Part shown: positions 44,343 through 54,495 of the stretch, in pieces | How the letters are laid out: the number at the start of each line of letters is the position of its first letter | How positions within the stretch are numbered: the first letter of the stretch is position 1 | DNA from: Candidatus Kuenenbacteria bacterium | GTDB lineage: Bacteria; Patescibacteriota; Patescibacteriia; UBA2196; GWA2-42-15 | Direction: 5' to 3' | Assembly (NCBI GenBank): GCA_012797775.1 | Contig: JAAZOM010000006.1 | Span: forward strand, 12,815-76,814 | DNA: 64,000 nt | Notes under the pieces: model-generated | Databases searched by the model: none | Seen by the model: only the letters and a program-made list of their open reading frames with translations | What the model was told of the DNA's origin: nothing | Made by a program: the position numbers and the translations under genes

Positions 44343-45245
44343 ATGGCCAACAAAAATAATGAAATTCAAACTACTATTACCGAGGAGATACCTGACTGGA
44401 AGATAAGGCTTGCTTATTTTTATACCGAGCACAAGACCACCATAAAGCGCGCGTTGGTTTTTAGTGTCTTTTTTCTAGATCTGATTATCGTTTTTGTTTT
44501 CGGCTCTGCCTTTGTAAATTATCGTACCGGCCTTATCAGCGATGAAAAATATTTATCAGATTTGCCAAAAAATTTGGTCAACAATAATGTCGCCAGTCAG
44601 CTCTTGGCGCCCAGCCCTTTGATTTTTGGTACAACAAAGGCCCTAAGGAGCACCGACAGAACTGACAATCTTTTGCTGACAGTAAAAAATGAAAATACCG
44701 ACTGGGCGGTAAAAAAATTAGTTTATACAATTGAACCAGCCACCCAAGACGCCAAAGTTCTTTCTACTTTTATTTTGCCCCAGAGTGAAAAAAATATTTT
44801 ATATTTTAATGTGCCGTCTGGTAGCGGCGCCAGTATCAAGATCATCGAAACAGAGTGGGAGAGGATAAGAGATTTTAGTTTGGTCAGCTATAAAGACGCT
44901 GTCAAAGTAGAGTCATCGGAATTTATACCGAGTCAGTCGAGTGTGGTCTCTGGCCAAGTAAAGATAAAAATTTTCAACGATACACCCTTTAGTTTTTGGG
45001 AGGTCGGTCTGCCGGTAGTCCTTTATGATTCATCTGGCGAGCCAATTTCTGCAAACTATACAGTTATAAACAAACTCAAATCTTTGGAGGAAAGGGAAGT
45101 CTCTCTTGGCTGGTCCGATGATCTTTTCCGCACAGTTTTCCGGGCAGGCGTTTATCCGGAGATAAATCTTCTGGACAACAGTTCTCTCATGCGTCTCGAT
45201 CCCGGCCCCGGCTCACCTCCCGGCCTAGAAATAAAAAAACAATAA
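44343..45245 (+). CDS. Hypothetical membrane-anchored protein.
   Basis: One N-terminal TM helix. No recognisable family. Confidence 0.45.
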   Translation: MANKNNEIQTTITEEIPDWKIRLAYFYTEHKTTIKRALVFSVFFLDLIIVFVFGSAFVNYRTGLISDEKYLSDLPKNLVNNNVASQLLAPSPLIFGTTKALRSTDRTDNLLLTVKNENTDWAVKKLVYTIEPATQDAKVLSTFILPQSEKNILYFNVPSGSGASIKIIETEWERIRDFSLVSYKDAVKVESSEFIPSQSSVVSGQVKIKIFNDTPFSFWEVGLPVVLYDSSGEPISANYTVINKLKSLEEREVSLGWSDDLFRTVFRAGVYPEINLLDNSSLMRLDPGPGSPPGLEIKKQ

Positions 45246-45314
45246 TTAAAACTAATATTTACAAGCTATCATAATAATTCTAGACTAAATTCAGTGGTCT
45301 AGAATTTTGTTTTT

Positions 45315-46424
45315 ATGTCTTTTTTCGCATATTTTTCCTATATAAAAAAAATAGACTGGCTTCTTTTGTTGCCGGTTATTTTATTAATTGTGCTCGGTCT
45401 AGCCACCCTCTATACGACCAATCTAAATATTGAAAACCCGGACTGGTCATCACTCCAAAAGCAATTATTGTTTTTTATTTTGGGCCTGTTTATCCTTATC
45501 TTTTTCGGTTTTTTTGATTATCGGCGTCTGGGCAGCTACAGCTGGCCACTGTATATTTTTTCTGTTATTCTTTTGATCGTCGTCCTTTTGTGGGGTCGGA
45601 CTATCCGGGGGACTACCGGCTGGTTTTCTTTTTTGGGCTTTAATTTTCAGCCGGTTGAGCTGGCCAAATTTTCTCTCGTCTTGGTCTTATCATTTTTTTA
45701 CAGTCGTCGCCGGGGCCGGGAAAAAGAATCCCAGACCGTTTTTTCTCTCGCCATTATTACTGCCATACCCACTTTTCTCACGATGCTCCAGCCAGACCTC
45801 GGCTCAGCCGCCATGCTTTTGGGCATTGGGCTTTGCTATTTTATTTTTTTGAGCCTGCGCCCTAGACAGATAATTTTTATTATTTTGGGTATTTTAATTT
45901 TATTTTTTTTACTGTGGAATTTGTTTTTGGTAGATTATCAAAAACAAAGAATTCTGACCTTCATCGATCCTATGAGAGATCCTCTTGGACGTGGATACAA
46001 TGTTCGTCAAGCCATCATCGCCATTGGCTCGGGTGGCCTTGCCGGCCGCGGTTTGGGACTCGGCACCCAGAGTCAACTCCGTTTTTTACCAGAGACTTCG
46101 ACTGATTTTATTTTTTCCACCATTGCCGAATCGCTGGGTTTTATTGGGAGCACCTTGGTTATGTTCTTATTTTTTTGGTTTTTTTATCGACTAATTTTGC
46201 TTATTAAAAATTCACGTGATAACGTTAGTTCTTATTTGGTTTTTGGTTTTGGGGCAGCTTTTTTTATTCAAACACTTGTCAATATCGGTATGAATATTGG
46301 TATTGTACCTGTCACCGGGTTGCCCCTGCCCTTTGTTAGCTATGGCGGCTCCTTTCTGATCATCTCTATGGTGTCGGTAGGTATCATTGCCAATATTTCT
46401 TCTCGACAGAAAATAAACAGCTGA
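45315..46424 (+). CDS. SEDS-family peptidoglycan polymerase (RodA/FtsW).
   Basis: Polytopic membrane protein with IGSGGLAGRGLGLGTQSQLRFLPETSTDFIFSTIAESLGFIGS. Probably RodA, given the mre-PBP2 cluster elsewhere in the window. Confidence 0.8.
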   Translation: MSFFAYFSYIKKIDWLLLLPVILLIVLGLATLYTTNLNIENPDWSSLQKQLLFFILGLFILIFFGFFDYRRLGSYSWPLYIFSVILLIVVLLWGRTIRGTTGWFSFLGFNFQPVELAKFSLVLVLSFFYSRRRGREKESQTVFSLAIITAIPTFLTMLQPDLGSAAMLLGIGLCYFIFLSLRPRQIIFIILGILILFFLLWNLFLVDYQKQRILTFIDPMRDPLGRGYNVRQAIIAIGSGGLAGRGLGLGTQSQLRFLPETSTDFIFSTIAESLGFIGSTLVMFLFFWFFYRLILLIKNSRDNVSSYLVFGFGAAFFIQTLVNIGMNIGIVPVTGLPLPFVSYGGSFLIISMVSVGIIANISSRQKINS

Positions 46425-46509
46425 GGACATTTTCATGGTGTTCTAGTTGTTTGACATTGGCGCCCTTTTCTATTATACTGACCTTACTCTAAAACAAAAT
46501 TATAAAAAT

Positions 46510-46809
46510 ATGTCCATTATTTTGAGCAAATTAAAAAAAGAAACCCTTATTTATTGTCCTTTGTGCAATAAGGATTATAGCCCACAAAATCTGCAGATTG
46601 TTGATCAGGCCGAGGAAACAGTACTCGCCCATAGCAACTGTCCTATTTGCGGGGGCTCCGTCCTTTCTCTGCTTTACAAGGATTTTTTGGGCCTTACCCT
46701 GCTTGGGTTGGCGACCGATATGAGCTATGAGGATGTTTCTCGTTTAAAAAAAGCCGAAGTGGTGGACAGCGACGAAGTACTCTCGCTTTATGAGCGTTTA
46801 GCCCATTAA
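46510..46809 (+). CDS. Hypothetical small zinc-ribbon protein.
   Basis: CPLC...CPIC. Start set at the internal Met 46510. Confidence 0.4.
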   Translation: MSIILSKLKKETLIYCPLCNKDYSPQNLQIVDQAEETVLAHSNCPICGGSVLSLLYKDFLGLTLLGLATDMSYEDVSRLKKAEVVDSDEVLSLYERLAH

Positions 46810-46831
46810 TTATTAAATAAGCAAAAGATAT

Positions 46832-47500
46832 ATGACCGCTATTTCCCTTCAAGCAGAAACCAGAGAAAAAGGTAAGAAAGATTTTTCTTCAAATGAGCAG
46901 AAAAAAATCCCTGCCGTGGTTTATGGCCCCAAAGTAGAAAACCAAAATATTTTTATCAACTATCGTGATTTTGAACGCGTCTTGAGAGACGCCGGCGAAT
47001 CCACCCTAGTCGACCTCGCTATTGGTGGCAAGGATCCGGTCAAGGTTTTGATTCACGATATGCAAAAAGATCCCCTGAATGGGGAATGTATTCATGTGGA
47101 TTTTTATGAACTCGACATGAGCAAAAAGACTCGCGTTGACGTGGAACTAAAATTTTTAGGCGCCGAAGAAGTTATGAAGTTGACCGGTGGGGAAATTTCT
47201 GAAAGTGTTGACCACCTCGAAGTGGAATGCTTACCCAAAGACCTAGTCAAGGAAATAGACATTGATTTGTCCACTCTCAAGAGCATTGGTGATGTTATTT
47301 ACGCCAAAGACATAAAGTTGCCAGCCGGGCTGGAATTAATTTCTGATCCCGAGTTGCCAGTCGCCAGCCTCCAGGCCATTGTTGAAGAAAAAATAGAAGA
47401 AACTGCTCCGGCCGCCGAGGGTGAGGCTCCGGCGCCAATGACCGAAAGGGAAGCCAAGGCTGCCGAAGCCACTGAGAGTGAAGAGGGAACAGAATCCTAG
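46832..47500 (+). CDS. rplY: Ribosomal protein L25 / general stress protein Ctc.
   Basis: KIPAVVYGPKVENQNIFINYRDFERVL...IHVDFYEL, followed by the Ctc-type C-terminal domain and an acidic tail. Confidence 0.8.
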   Translation: MTAISLQAETREKGKKDFSSNEQKKIPAVVYGPKVENQNIFINYRDFERVLRDAGESTLVDLAIGGKDPVKVLIHDMQKDPLNGECIHVDFYELDMSKKTRVDVELKFLGAEEVMKLTGGEISESVDHLEVECLPKDLVKEIDIDLSTLKSIGDVIYAKDIKLPAGLELISDPELPVASLQAIVEEKIEETAPAAEGEAPAPMTEREAKAAEATESEEGTES

Positions 47501-47517
47501 TCCTAATTTTCTCTAAA

Positions 47518-48615
47518 ATGATTAACAATCTTTTTATTAGAAATATTTTTAAATACCAGCTAATTATCTTAGTTGGTATTTTTGTTGTTTTGTTTGGGCT
47601 TTTATTTTATCATCTGATTTTTTGTTTGTCTTTTCGGCCGGCTGATTATTCTTCACCTGCCAATACTATAGCCGACCAAGATAAAATTCCAGCTGGTCAA
47701 AAAATTATCAATGGTTTGCCGGCCCCACTCGGAGAGGAAAATGTCTGGCCAGTAGCGGTCTCTATCGACAATCATCCTGATGCCCGGCCGCTTTATGGCT
47801 TGTCCAAAGCAGATATTGTTTATGAGTTTTTGGTCGAAGGCGGGGCCACTCGTTTTCTGGCTTTTTATACCCCGACTAGTACCATGGCAAATAAAATCGA
47901 AAAAATCGGGCCAGTCCGTTCTGTCCGTCCTTATTTTCTCCCTATTGCCAAAGAGTATGAGGCCCTTTTGGCTCACTCTGGCGGTTCAGTCGATGCATTA
48001 AAAGATATTGAGAAGTTAGAAGTCTATAACCTAGAAGAGATCGCCTGGTGGGGGCCTGATTATTTTTGGCGCGTTTATTCGAGGACCTCTCCGCACAATC
48101 TTTTTACATCATCGGACAAATTGGCCACAGCCATCATAGACTGGAAGCTAGGAGGCAAAATTCCCGTTTATACCGGCTGGCGTTTTTTTTCTGAATTGGA
48201 GCGTAATTTGGAGAAAGATAGGGTAGAAAAAATTGCTTTTGATTTTTCTGGCAATACCAATTACCGCGTAGAATATGTTTACAGTACTTCTACGAAGAGC
48301 TACCTACGCTCTACTGGCGGCTCCAAAGATATTGATGCTCTGAGCAAAAAACAAGTCTCTCCCGAAAATATTCTAATTCAATTTATCCCGGCGGAAAAAA
48401 CCCTCGATGCCATCGGTCGCCTGTCACTTGATCTCCTTGGCGATGGTGAAGTCTGGCTTTTTCGTGATGGCGTGAAAATATTGGGCCAATGGCAAAAAAC
48501 ATCTCCAGAATCGCGTACCCAATTTTTTGATGCCAATGGCAATTACCTGCCACTGAAGCCCGGCCAGATCTGGATAGAGATCATTCCCGGTGCGCGAGAG
48601 ATAGAGCTTGATTGA
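47518..48615 (+). CDS. DUF3048 (YerB-like) secreted protein.
   Basis: N-terminal TM helix. NHPDARPLYGLSKADIVYEFLVEGGATRFLAFY matches the DUF3048 core. Confidence 0.55.
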   Translation: MINNLFIRNIFKYQLIILVGIFVVLFGLLFYHLIFCLSFRPADYSSPANTIADQDKIPAGQKIINGLPAPLGEENVWPVAVSIDNHPDARPLYGLSKADIVYEFLVEGGATRFLAFYTPTSTMANKIEKIGPVRSVRPYFLPIAKEYEALLAHSGGSVDALKDIEKLEVYNLEEIAWWGPDYFWRVYSRTSPHNLFTSSDKLATAIIDWKLGGKIPVYTGWRFFSELERNLEKDRVEKIAFDFSGNTNYRVEYVYSTSTKSYLRSTGGSKDIDALSKKQVSPENILIQFIPAEKTLDAIGRLSLDLLGDGEVWLFRDGVKILGQWQKTSPESRTQFFDANGNYLPLKPGQIWIEIIPGAREIELD

Positions 48616-48712
48616 TTCAATAAATACAGAACAAACCGCCAGCCGGGTCAATCCCGCTGGCTTTTTTATTCATTCATTTTTTGAGTTTTGTTAATTGCGT
48701 TTTGTATTTTGT

Positions 48713-49603
48713 TCAAATATTTCCTCCATGTACCCACTTGAGCCCAGCCCGCTTCCCGATTTCTATCGCTTCCATAATTTTGTTTTTGGGCGTCGGTGGC
48801 AAATTAGTTATTTTATGTGTCGGATAAAAAGCGCTCACATGCCACGGTGTGTCTAGCCCTAGTTTTTCAAAAATAAATTTAGCGATTTTTGTCAACTCTT
48901 TAGCCGAATCATTTTTGGTTGGGATTATGAGAGTGGTTACTTCTAGGTGGATGCCTAGTTTTTTTATTTTTACCAAATTATCTAGGACCGGTTGCAGTCG
49001 CGCCCCGCAAGTTTCCTGGTAAAATTTGTCGGAAAATGATTTCAGATCCACGTTAATCGCATCGAGATATGGCGCGATTAGCTCCAGCGTTTTCTCCGAC
49101 ATAAAGCCATTACTCACCCAGATATTTTTTAGATTCTTTTTCTTGGCCAGCTTCATGGTCTCAAGTGCGTATTCGAGAAAAACAGTTGGCTCATTGTAAG
49201 TATAGGAAATAGAAGGCAATTTGTTTTTTAGTGCTGTAGCCACGATTTTCTCCGGTGTTATTTCCTCAATTCTTTCCTTTTGATAAATTTGCAGTTCCTC
49301 ATCATCTTCTGCCACTTGGCTGATAAAAAAATTCTGGCAATGCAAGCAATAAAAATTACAGCCAAGTGTTCCAAATGACAGAGTGTGGGTACCCGGCAAA
49401 AAATGATACAGCGGTTTTTTCTCAACTGGGTCAATAGACAGGCCAGTTGATTTTCCATAATTCAACACAAAGATTTTGCCGCCCTGATTTTCCCGCACCC
49501 GGCACTTGCCCTTCTCTCCCGGCTTTAAAACGCAAAAATGGCAGCAGGTCTCGCACTGGGTTATGTTATTTTTGAGTTTTTTGTAGAGCATGGATTCTTT
49601 CAT
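48713..49603 (-). CDS. AmmeMemoRadiSam-system-like radical SAM enzyme (AmrS-like).
   Basis: N-terminal C-rich region, then IDPVEKKPLYHFLPGTHTLSFGTLGCNFYCLHCQN (CxxxCxxC). Neither an AmrA nor an AmrB partner is seen nearby. Confidence 0.55.
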   Translation of the reverse strand: MKESMLYKKLKNNITQCETCCHFCVLKPGEKGKCRVRENQGGKIFVLNYGKSTGLSIDPVEKKPLYHFLPGTHTLSFGTLGCNFYCLHCQNFFISQVAEDDEELQIYQKERIEEITPEKIVATALKNKLPSISYTYNEPTVFLEYALETMKLAKKKNLKNIWVSNGFMSEKTLELIAPYLDAINVDLKSFSDKFYQETCGARLQPVLDNLVKIKKLGIHLEVTTLIIPTKNDSAKELTKIAKFIFEKLGLDTPWHVSAFYPTHKITNLPPTPKNKIMEAIEIGKRAGLKWVHGGNI

Positions 49604-49616
49604 AATTTTTTAGTAA

Positions 49617-49740
49617 TTTATCCCGAGCCCCGATGAATATCGGGACGAGGGATCCCGTTTAGATAGCCACTTACTATAATTAATATAATATTCATTTTAG
49701 CACGGGATCCTTCCCCCGCCCATGGCGGGGTCAGGATAAA
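49617..49740. repeat. Interspersed repeat element, copy C.
   Basis: TTTATCCCGAGCC...GGGACGAGGGATCCCG...GCACGGGATCCTTCCCCCGCCCATGGCGGGGTCAGGATAAA. Confidence 0.55.
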
Positions 49741-49758
49741 TTTGATGGAATTTAAAAA

Positions 49759-49784
49759 GCCACCATTGCGGTGGCTTTCATCTT
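49759..49784 (-). terminator. Intrinsic terminator of rpmB.
   Basis: gccaccgc-aat-ggtggc hairpin followed by a T-run on the minus strand. Confidence 0.65.
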
Positions 49785-49785
49785 T

Positions 49786-49962
49786 TTACTTTGCTTTTTT
49801 CTTCAAAGTCTTCAAACATCTAGTACAGACTTTCTTTTTCACCCCATCAATAATTTTGCTTTGGAGATTTATATATTTGCGTGTCAGGGTTTTATTTTGA
49901 GCGTGGGAACTTTGGACAAATTTTTGCGGACCACGGCCGCACAAATCACAGATTCGAGACAT
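49786..49962 (-). CDS. rpmB: Ribosomal protein L28.
   Basis: 58 aa: [58 protein letters not shown]. The ORF is below the size cutoff of the provided track. Confidence 0.75.
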   Translation of the reverse strand: MSRICDLCGRGPQKFVQSSHAQNKTLTRKYINLQSKIIDGVKKKVCTRCLKTLKKKAK

Positions 49963-50025
49963 ATAAAAGTTTGATTAATTATTGGAATTATAATACCATA
50001 AAGATATTATAAGTCAAGCTTTTAT

Positions 50026-50631
50026 ATGGATTTTACACATCTTATTTTTTATTTCCTCATTATTATCCCTTCGGCTATCATCCACGAATATTCTCATGGT
50101 TGGATGGCTGATCGCTTGGGCGACCCAACCGCCAAATATGCTGGCCGCCTGACCCTTGACCCGCGAGCTCACATTGATATTTATGGCACTCTTCTTTTGC
50201 CCCTATTTTTACTCTTGGCCTCTGGCGGCAGTTTTATGTTTGCCTATGCCAAGCCCGTGCCTTACAATCCTTACAATCTAAAAAATAAAAAATGGGGGCC
50301 GGCCTTGGTCGGCTTGGCTGGTCCGCTGTCCAATCTCATTGTCGCTATTTTCTTCGGTGCGCTCTTCAGACTCCTACCAATCAGCACGTTCTCCTCACTG
50401 CTCGGCTTGATCGCTTTTGCCAATATCATTCTATTGGTTTTCAATTTGGTGCCCATTCCTCCCTTAGATGGTTCCAAGGTTTTATTTGCTATCCTGCCAG
50501 ATTCTTGGGGTAATTTTAAAATTGTATTAGAAAGATATGGTATAATTTTTCTTCTAATTTTTGTTTTTTATTTTTCTGGGGTCATCAACCCGATTGTTAA
50601 TTGGATATTCCGACTTGTGGTCGGAGTATAA
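50026..50631 (+). CDS. Site-2 protease family (M50, SpoIVFB-like) membrane metalloprotease.
   Basis: HEYSH zinc motif in the first TM helix. NLVPIPPLDG motif. Confidence 0.7.
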   Translation: MDFTHLIFYFLIIIPSAIIHEYSHGWMADRLGDPTAKYAGRLTLDPRAHIDIYGTLLLPLFLLLASGGSFMFAYAKPVPYNPYNLKNKKWGPALVGLAGPLSNLIVAIFFGALFRLLPISTFSSLLGLIAFANIILLVFNLVPIPPLDGSKVLFAILPDSWGNFKIVLERYGIIFLLIFVFYFSGVINPIVNWIFRLVVGV

Positions 50632-50636
50632 ATTTT

Positions 50637-51092
50637 ATGTCTCAAATCACCGCTCATTCAATCTCGGAAACCCAAAAGTTGGCTGTTAATTTTATTCATA
50701 AAATTACAGGTCCAGCGGTTTTGGGTTTGGTTGGCGCTCTCGGCTCTGGCAAGACGCATTTCACCAAAGGTCTGGCCCAAGGTCTGAAAATCAAAAAACA
50801 CATCACCAGCCCGACTTTTGTTTTACTCAAGATTTATCCCGCTCCCCAAAACAAAAAAGGGATCAAAAACTTGATCCACGTTGATTGCTACCGCCTTGGC
50901 CACGAAGAAGAATTATTGGCGCTTGGTTGGGAAGAAATATTAAGAAAGAATGATAGCTTGATCGTCGTCGAGTGGGCGGACAAGATAAAAAGTATTATGC
51001 CCCAAAATACTATTTGGTTCAATTTCCGTCAGGGTAGGGGAGAGGAAGAGCGAATTATAAGCACCAAACCCCAAATTCAAAATCCAAAATAA
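50637..51092 (+). CDS. tsaE: tRNA threonylcarbamoyladenosine biosynthesis ATPase TsaE.
   Basis: LGLVGALGSGKTHFTKGLAQGL P-loop, SPTFVLLKIY, HVDCYRL and VVEWAD blocks. Confidence 0.8.
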   Translation: MSQITAHSISETQKLAVNFIHKITGPAVLGLVGALGSGKTHFTKGLAQGLKIKKHITSPTFVLLKIYPAPQNKKGIKNLIHVDCYRLGHEEELLALGWEEILRKNDSLIVVEWADKIKSIMPQNTIWFNFRQGRGEEERIISTKPQIQNPK

Positions 51093-51190
51093 ACCTTAAA
51101 AACCATAAACCCCCCTTAGTGTTTATTTGACATTTTTGTAACCATGTGTGATGATAAATAAAATGTAAAATATAGTATAAACACATATAT

Positions 51191-52201
51191 ATGAAAAACA
51201 ACAACAAATTAAAAGTTGGTGTTATCGGGCTGGGTCATCAATCTTTAGAAGACCACATCCCAGCAATAAAAGCATCATTAGATGTTAATCTAGTTGCTGT
51301 TGTTGAGATTGATAAAAACAGACTGCAGTCTTTTCTTAAAGACAATCCTGCCGTCAGGGGCTATAAGAGTTTAGATAATTTTTTAAAAAAGGAGAAAGTC
51401 GATTTTATAATTTTGGCTGTTCCTCACTATCTGCATGATGAAATGACGAAAAAAATAATAAAAAATAAAATACATATTTTAAAAGAAAAACCATTTTCTA
51501 CAAACCTAAAAGAGGCAAAAGAAATAATTAAAATGGCCAATAAATATAATGTTAAAGTTAGCACTACCCTACAAAGAAGATTTAACCCAATTTATTCAAC
51601 CTTTTTCCAATTAGCTGACAAAATTGGGAAACCATTCTATATTGAAATAAAATATACTTTTTTTACTGATAAACCAGGGGAAGGATGGCGGGGAAAAAAT
51701 AAATTAGCTGGTGGTGGATGTCTTTTAGACATGGGTTATCACATGGTTGATCTTTTAATGTGGTATTTTGGACTAGCGGACAAAGTAATGGCTGAGACCT
51801 CCTGTACTGGCAATGATTTTCAGCAATATGACGCAGAAGACACAGCCCAAGTTCTATTTAAATGGGAATCTAAAAGTTTGTGGGGCTCGTTATTGGTCTC
51901 CAGGGTAATTCCACCCAAACAAGAATTTTTGAATTTATATGGAACCAGAGGATGCATACACTTAGAGCGTGGCAAGATTGAGCGTTATTCTTCTAACGGC
52001 GAACTGTGTGAATCTTTAAAAAGAGAAAATAGTTGGCCCTCAGCTGCTCAAGACCAGTTAGATTACTTTATCAAGGTGATCAGAGGAGAAAAAGAAAATA
52101 TTAATAGCCCAGAATCTCATCTTTGTCACTTAGCCTTTATTGAGGCCGCCTATAAATCAAAAATATTAAATAAATATATTAATCCAAAAGAGTTTTTTTA
52201 A
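51191..52201 (+). CDS. Gfo/Idh/MocA family NAD(P)-dependent oxidoreductase.
   Basis: KVGVIGLGHQSLEDHIPA Rossmann N-terminus and a C-terminal alpha/beta domain. Confidence 0.75.
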   Translation: MKNNNKLKVGVIGLGHQSLEDHIPAIKASLDVNLVAVVEIDKNRLQSFLKDNPAVRGYKSLDNFLKKEKVDFIILAVPHYLHDEMTKKIIKNKIHILKEKPFSTNLKEAKEIIKMANKYNVKVSTTLQRRFNPIYSTFFQLADKIGKPFYIEIKYTFFTDKPGEGWRGKNKLAGGGCLLDMGYHMVDLLMWYFGLADKVMAETSCTGNDFQQYDAEDTAQVLFKWESKSLWGSLLVSRVIPPKQEFLNLYGTRGCIHLERGKIERYSSNGELCESLKRENSWPSAAQDQLDYFIKVIRGEKENINSPESHLCHLAFIEAAYKSKILNKYINPKEFF

Positions 52202-52219
52202 TTTGTTAATCATAAATAT

Positions 52220-53482
52220 ATGACCACGGAAAAATTAGCTATATTAGGCGGAGCCAAGACAATAAACAAAAAAGCCCCACACTACTCATGGCCCATAATT
52301 ACTAAAACCATTAAAGACTCTGTCGTAAAGCAGTTGAGCGAGAGCATATCTATTTATAATAAATCTGGGATTATTGAAAAGTTCGAAAATTATTTTGCGA
52401 ATTATCATGATGTAAAGCATGCTGTTTTATGTAATTCTGGGACCACCGCAATTTACTCTATGTTTATTGCAGCTAGATTTAAAGAAGGAGATGAGATAAT
52501 TTGTCCGGCATATACATTTTTTGCTTCTGTCACCCCACTTCTTTTTACCGGGGCAAAACCAGTTTTATGTGATTGTGATGATAATGGCAATATAGATCCA
52601 GCCGAGATTTTAAAAAAGATAACCCCCAAAACCAAGGGCGTCGTTGTTACTCACATGTGGGGTGTTCCCTGCCAGATGGATAAAATTGTTAGTCTGTGTA
52701 GAAAAAATAACCTGTTACTCTTAGAAGACTGTTCCCATGCTCACGGCGCCAAATTTAAAGGAAAAAAAGTTGGGTCATTCGGAGACTTATCAGCGTGGAG
52801 TTTGCAGGGCCCCAAAATTATAAGCGGTGGAGAAGGTGGCATTGTTACTACAAATAATAAAGAGTTCTATTATAGGATTCTTCTGCTAGGGCATTATAAC
52901 AAAAGATGTAAAGATGAAATTAATAAAGAACACAATTTATATAAATACTCAACTACAGGTATGGGTTTAAAATTTAGAAGCCACCCAGTAGCTGTTCGTA
53001 TAGCTTATAGCATGTTGAGTAATCTAGACACAATTCTGAGAGTTAAAAGAATGTTTGCTAAAAAAATAATAAAAGAATTTAAAAAAATACCATATTTTGC
53101 ATTACCGCCAGCTTTTTCGGACCCCGCATATGAACCAGCTTGGTATGGTTTGGTTTTTCAATACAAAGGTTATAATTATAAGTATCCATCAATTGATAAT
53201 TTTTTTAGAGCGATACAAGCAGAGGGCTTATTGGAGGTTGATCGACCCGGTTCAACCTCGCCCCTTAATTTATTACCACTTTTCCAGAACCCCACTGAAT
53301 TATTCCCCATATATAAAAAAAATTATTTTTCTTATAAACCCGGAGATTTCCCCAAAGCAGAGAAATTCTATAAATATGCTATCAAATTGCCAGTCTGGGC
53401 ATTGAAGAAGGAACACAAAATGGTGGATTATTATATAAAAGGTTTTAAAAAAGTGTGTAATAATCTTGATAAAATAATTTGA
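52220..53482 (+). CDS. DegT/DnrJ/EryC1/StrS-family PLP-dependent sugar aminotransferase.
   Basis: CNSGTTAIYSMFIAARFKEGDEIICPAYTF and a lysine region (SLQGPKIISGGEGG). Confidence 0.75.
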   Translation: MTTEKLAILGGAKTINKKAPHYSWPIITKTIKDSVVKQLSESISIYNKSGIIEKFENYFANYHDVKHAVLCNSGTTAIYSMFIAARFKEGDEIICPAYTFFASVTPLLFTGAKPVLCDCDDNGNIDPAEILKKITPKTKGVVVTHMWGVPCQMDKIVSLCRKNNLLLLEDCSHAHGAKFKGKKVGSFGDLSAWSLQGPKIISGGEGGIVTTNNKEFYYRILLLGHYNKRCKDEINKEHNLYKYSTTGMGLKFRSHPVAVRIAYSMLSNLDTILRVKRMFAKKIIKEFKKIPYFALPPAFSDPAYEPAWYGLVFQYKGYNYKYPSIDNFFRAIQAEGLLEVDRPGSTSPLNLLPLFQNPTELFPIYKKNYFSYKPGDFPKAEKFYKYAIKLPVWALKKEHKMVDYYIKGFKKVCNNLDKII

Positions 53483-53913
53483 GTATGTTAAACAATGTTA
53501 TTTCGCAAGTAGTCTTGGGCGCTGTTATATTTAGTGGGAATAAAGTCCTAATAGTTCAACGCAATAAAGATGAAAATATTTTTCCAAACATGTGGGAATT
53601 GCCCAGTGGAAAAAAAGAATTGCTTGAAGGGTGTATAACATCTTTACTTAGAGAAATAAAGGAAGAAACAGGATTAAGGGTTAAAGTTATTAATATTCTT
53701 TCCGTTTTCAATTATCAAATTAAAAAAGAAAAGATTATAAAAGACTGTACGCAAATTAATTTTTTGGTGAGAGCAGTTGGCCATAAAGTTGTTATCAGCA
53801 AAGAACATCAGGATTATGCTTGGATATCAAAGAATCATATTAGAAGATATAATTTATCCAAAGAAACAAAAAAAGTCATTAGGCAAGGTTTTAAATTAAT
53901 ATATAAAAAATAA
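53479..53913 (+). CDS. NUDIX hydrolase.
   Basis: Nudix box: GKKELLEGCITSLLREIKEETGL. Start overlaps the DegT stop by 4 nt. Confidence 0.75.
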   Translation: MSMLNNVISQVVLGAVIFSGNKVLIVQRNKDENIFPNMWELPSGKKELLEGCITSLLREIKEETGLRVKVINILSVFNYQIKKEKIIKDCTQINFLVRAVGHKVVISKEHQDYAWISKNHIRRYNLSKETKKVIRQGFKLIYKK

Positions 53914-53951
53914 AATATAATTTAACAAATTAAAATAAACAAAAAGGAGAA

Positions 53952-54422
53952 TTGGCCATGAAGCATTATATGCTGGAAAAAACATGGGAATTGTTGATGG
54001 AAGAGGCTGAGGGGCTGCGCAAAAAATTAACAAAAGAAATATCCGCAGACATCGGTGTGGGTTATGAAACTGGTGGCGGTTGGCACGACAACGCTCTTTT
54101 TGAGAGCGCTTTAGTAGATCAAGCAGTTGCGGCTTCCAAGCTCGCAGAGGTCAGTAGATTAATGCAATATCCCGTTTTTATTGATAATTTAGAAATACCA
54201 GGCAATATGGTTACTATCGGAGTAGAGGTCCATCTGGAATTCGACGGCGAGGAAGCAATTTCTTATCAAGTTTTGGGGGCAGCTGATGCTAGATATAATG
54301 ATTCTGTTATTTCATCCACATCCCCGCTAGCCAAAGTTATCATGCAACACAAGGTCGGCGATATTGTCATGGGCCCAGGTGGCAAGACAATAAAAATTGT
54401 GGGGATTAAAAAAATAATATAA
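53952..54422 (+). CDS. GreA/GreB-family-like protein.
   Basis: N-terminal coiled-coil, and WHDNALFESA resembling the Gre finger region, plus an FKBP-like C-terminus. Assignment is tentative. Confidence 0.45.
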   Translation: MAMKHYMLEKTWELLMEEAEGLRKKLTKEISADIGVGYETGGGWHDNALFESALVDQAVAASKLAEVSRLMQYPVFIDNLEIPGNMVTIGVEVHLEFDGEEAISYQVLGAADARYNDSVISSTSPLAKVIMQHKVGDIVMGPGGKTIKIVGIKKII

Positions 54423-54495
54423 ATTTTCTTAACTTTAAATTGAGGCGCTATGATTTTAATACAATAGCGTCTTTTTTATTAAAATTTATTTAGAT

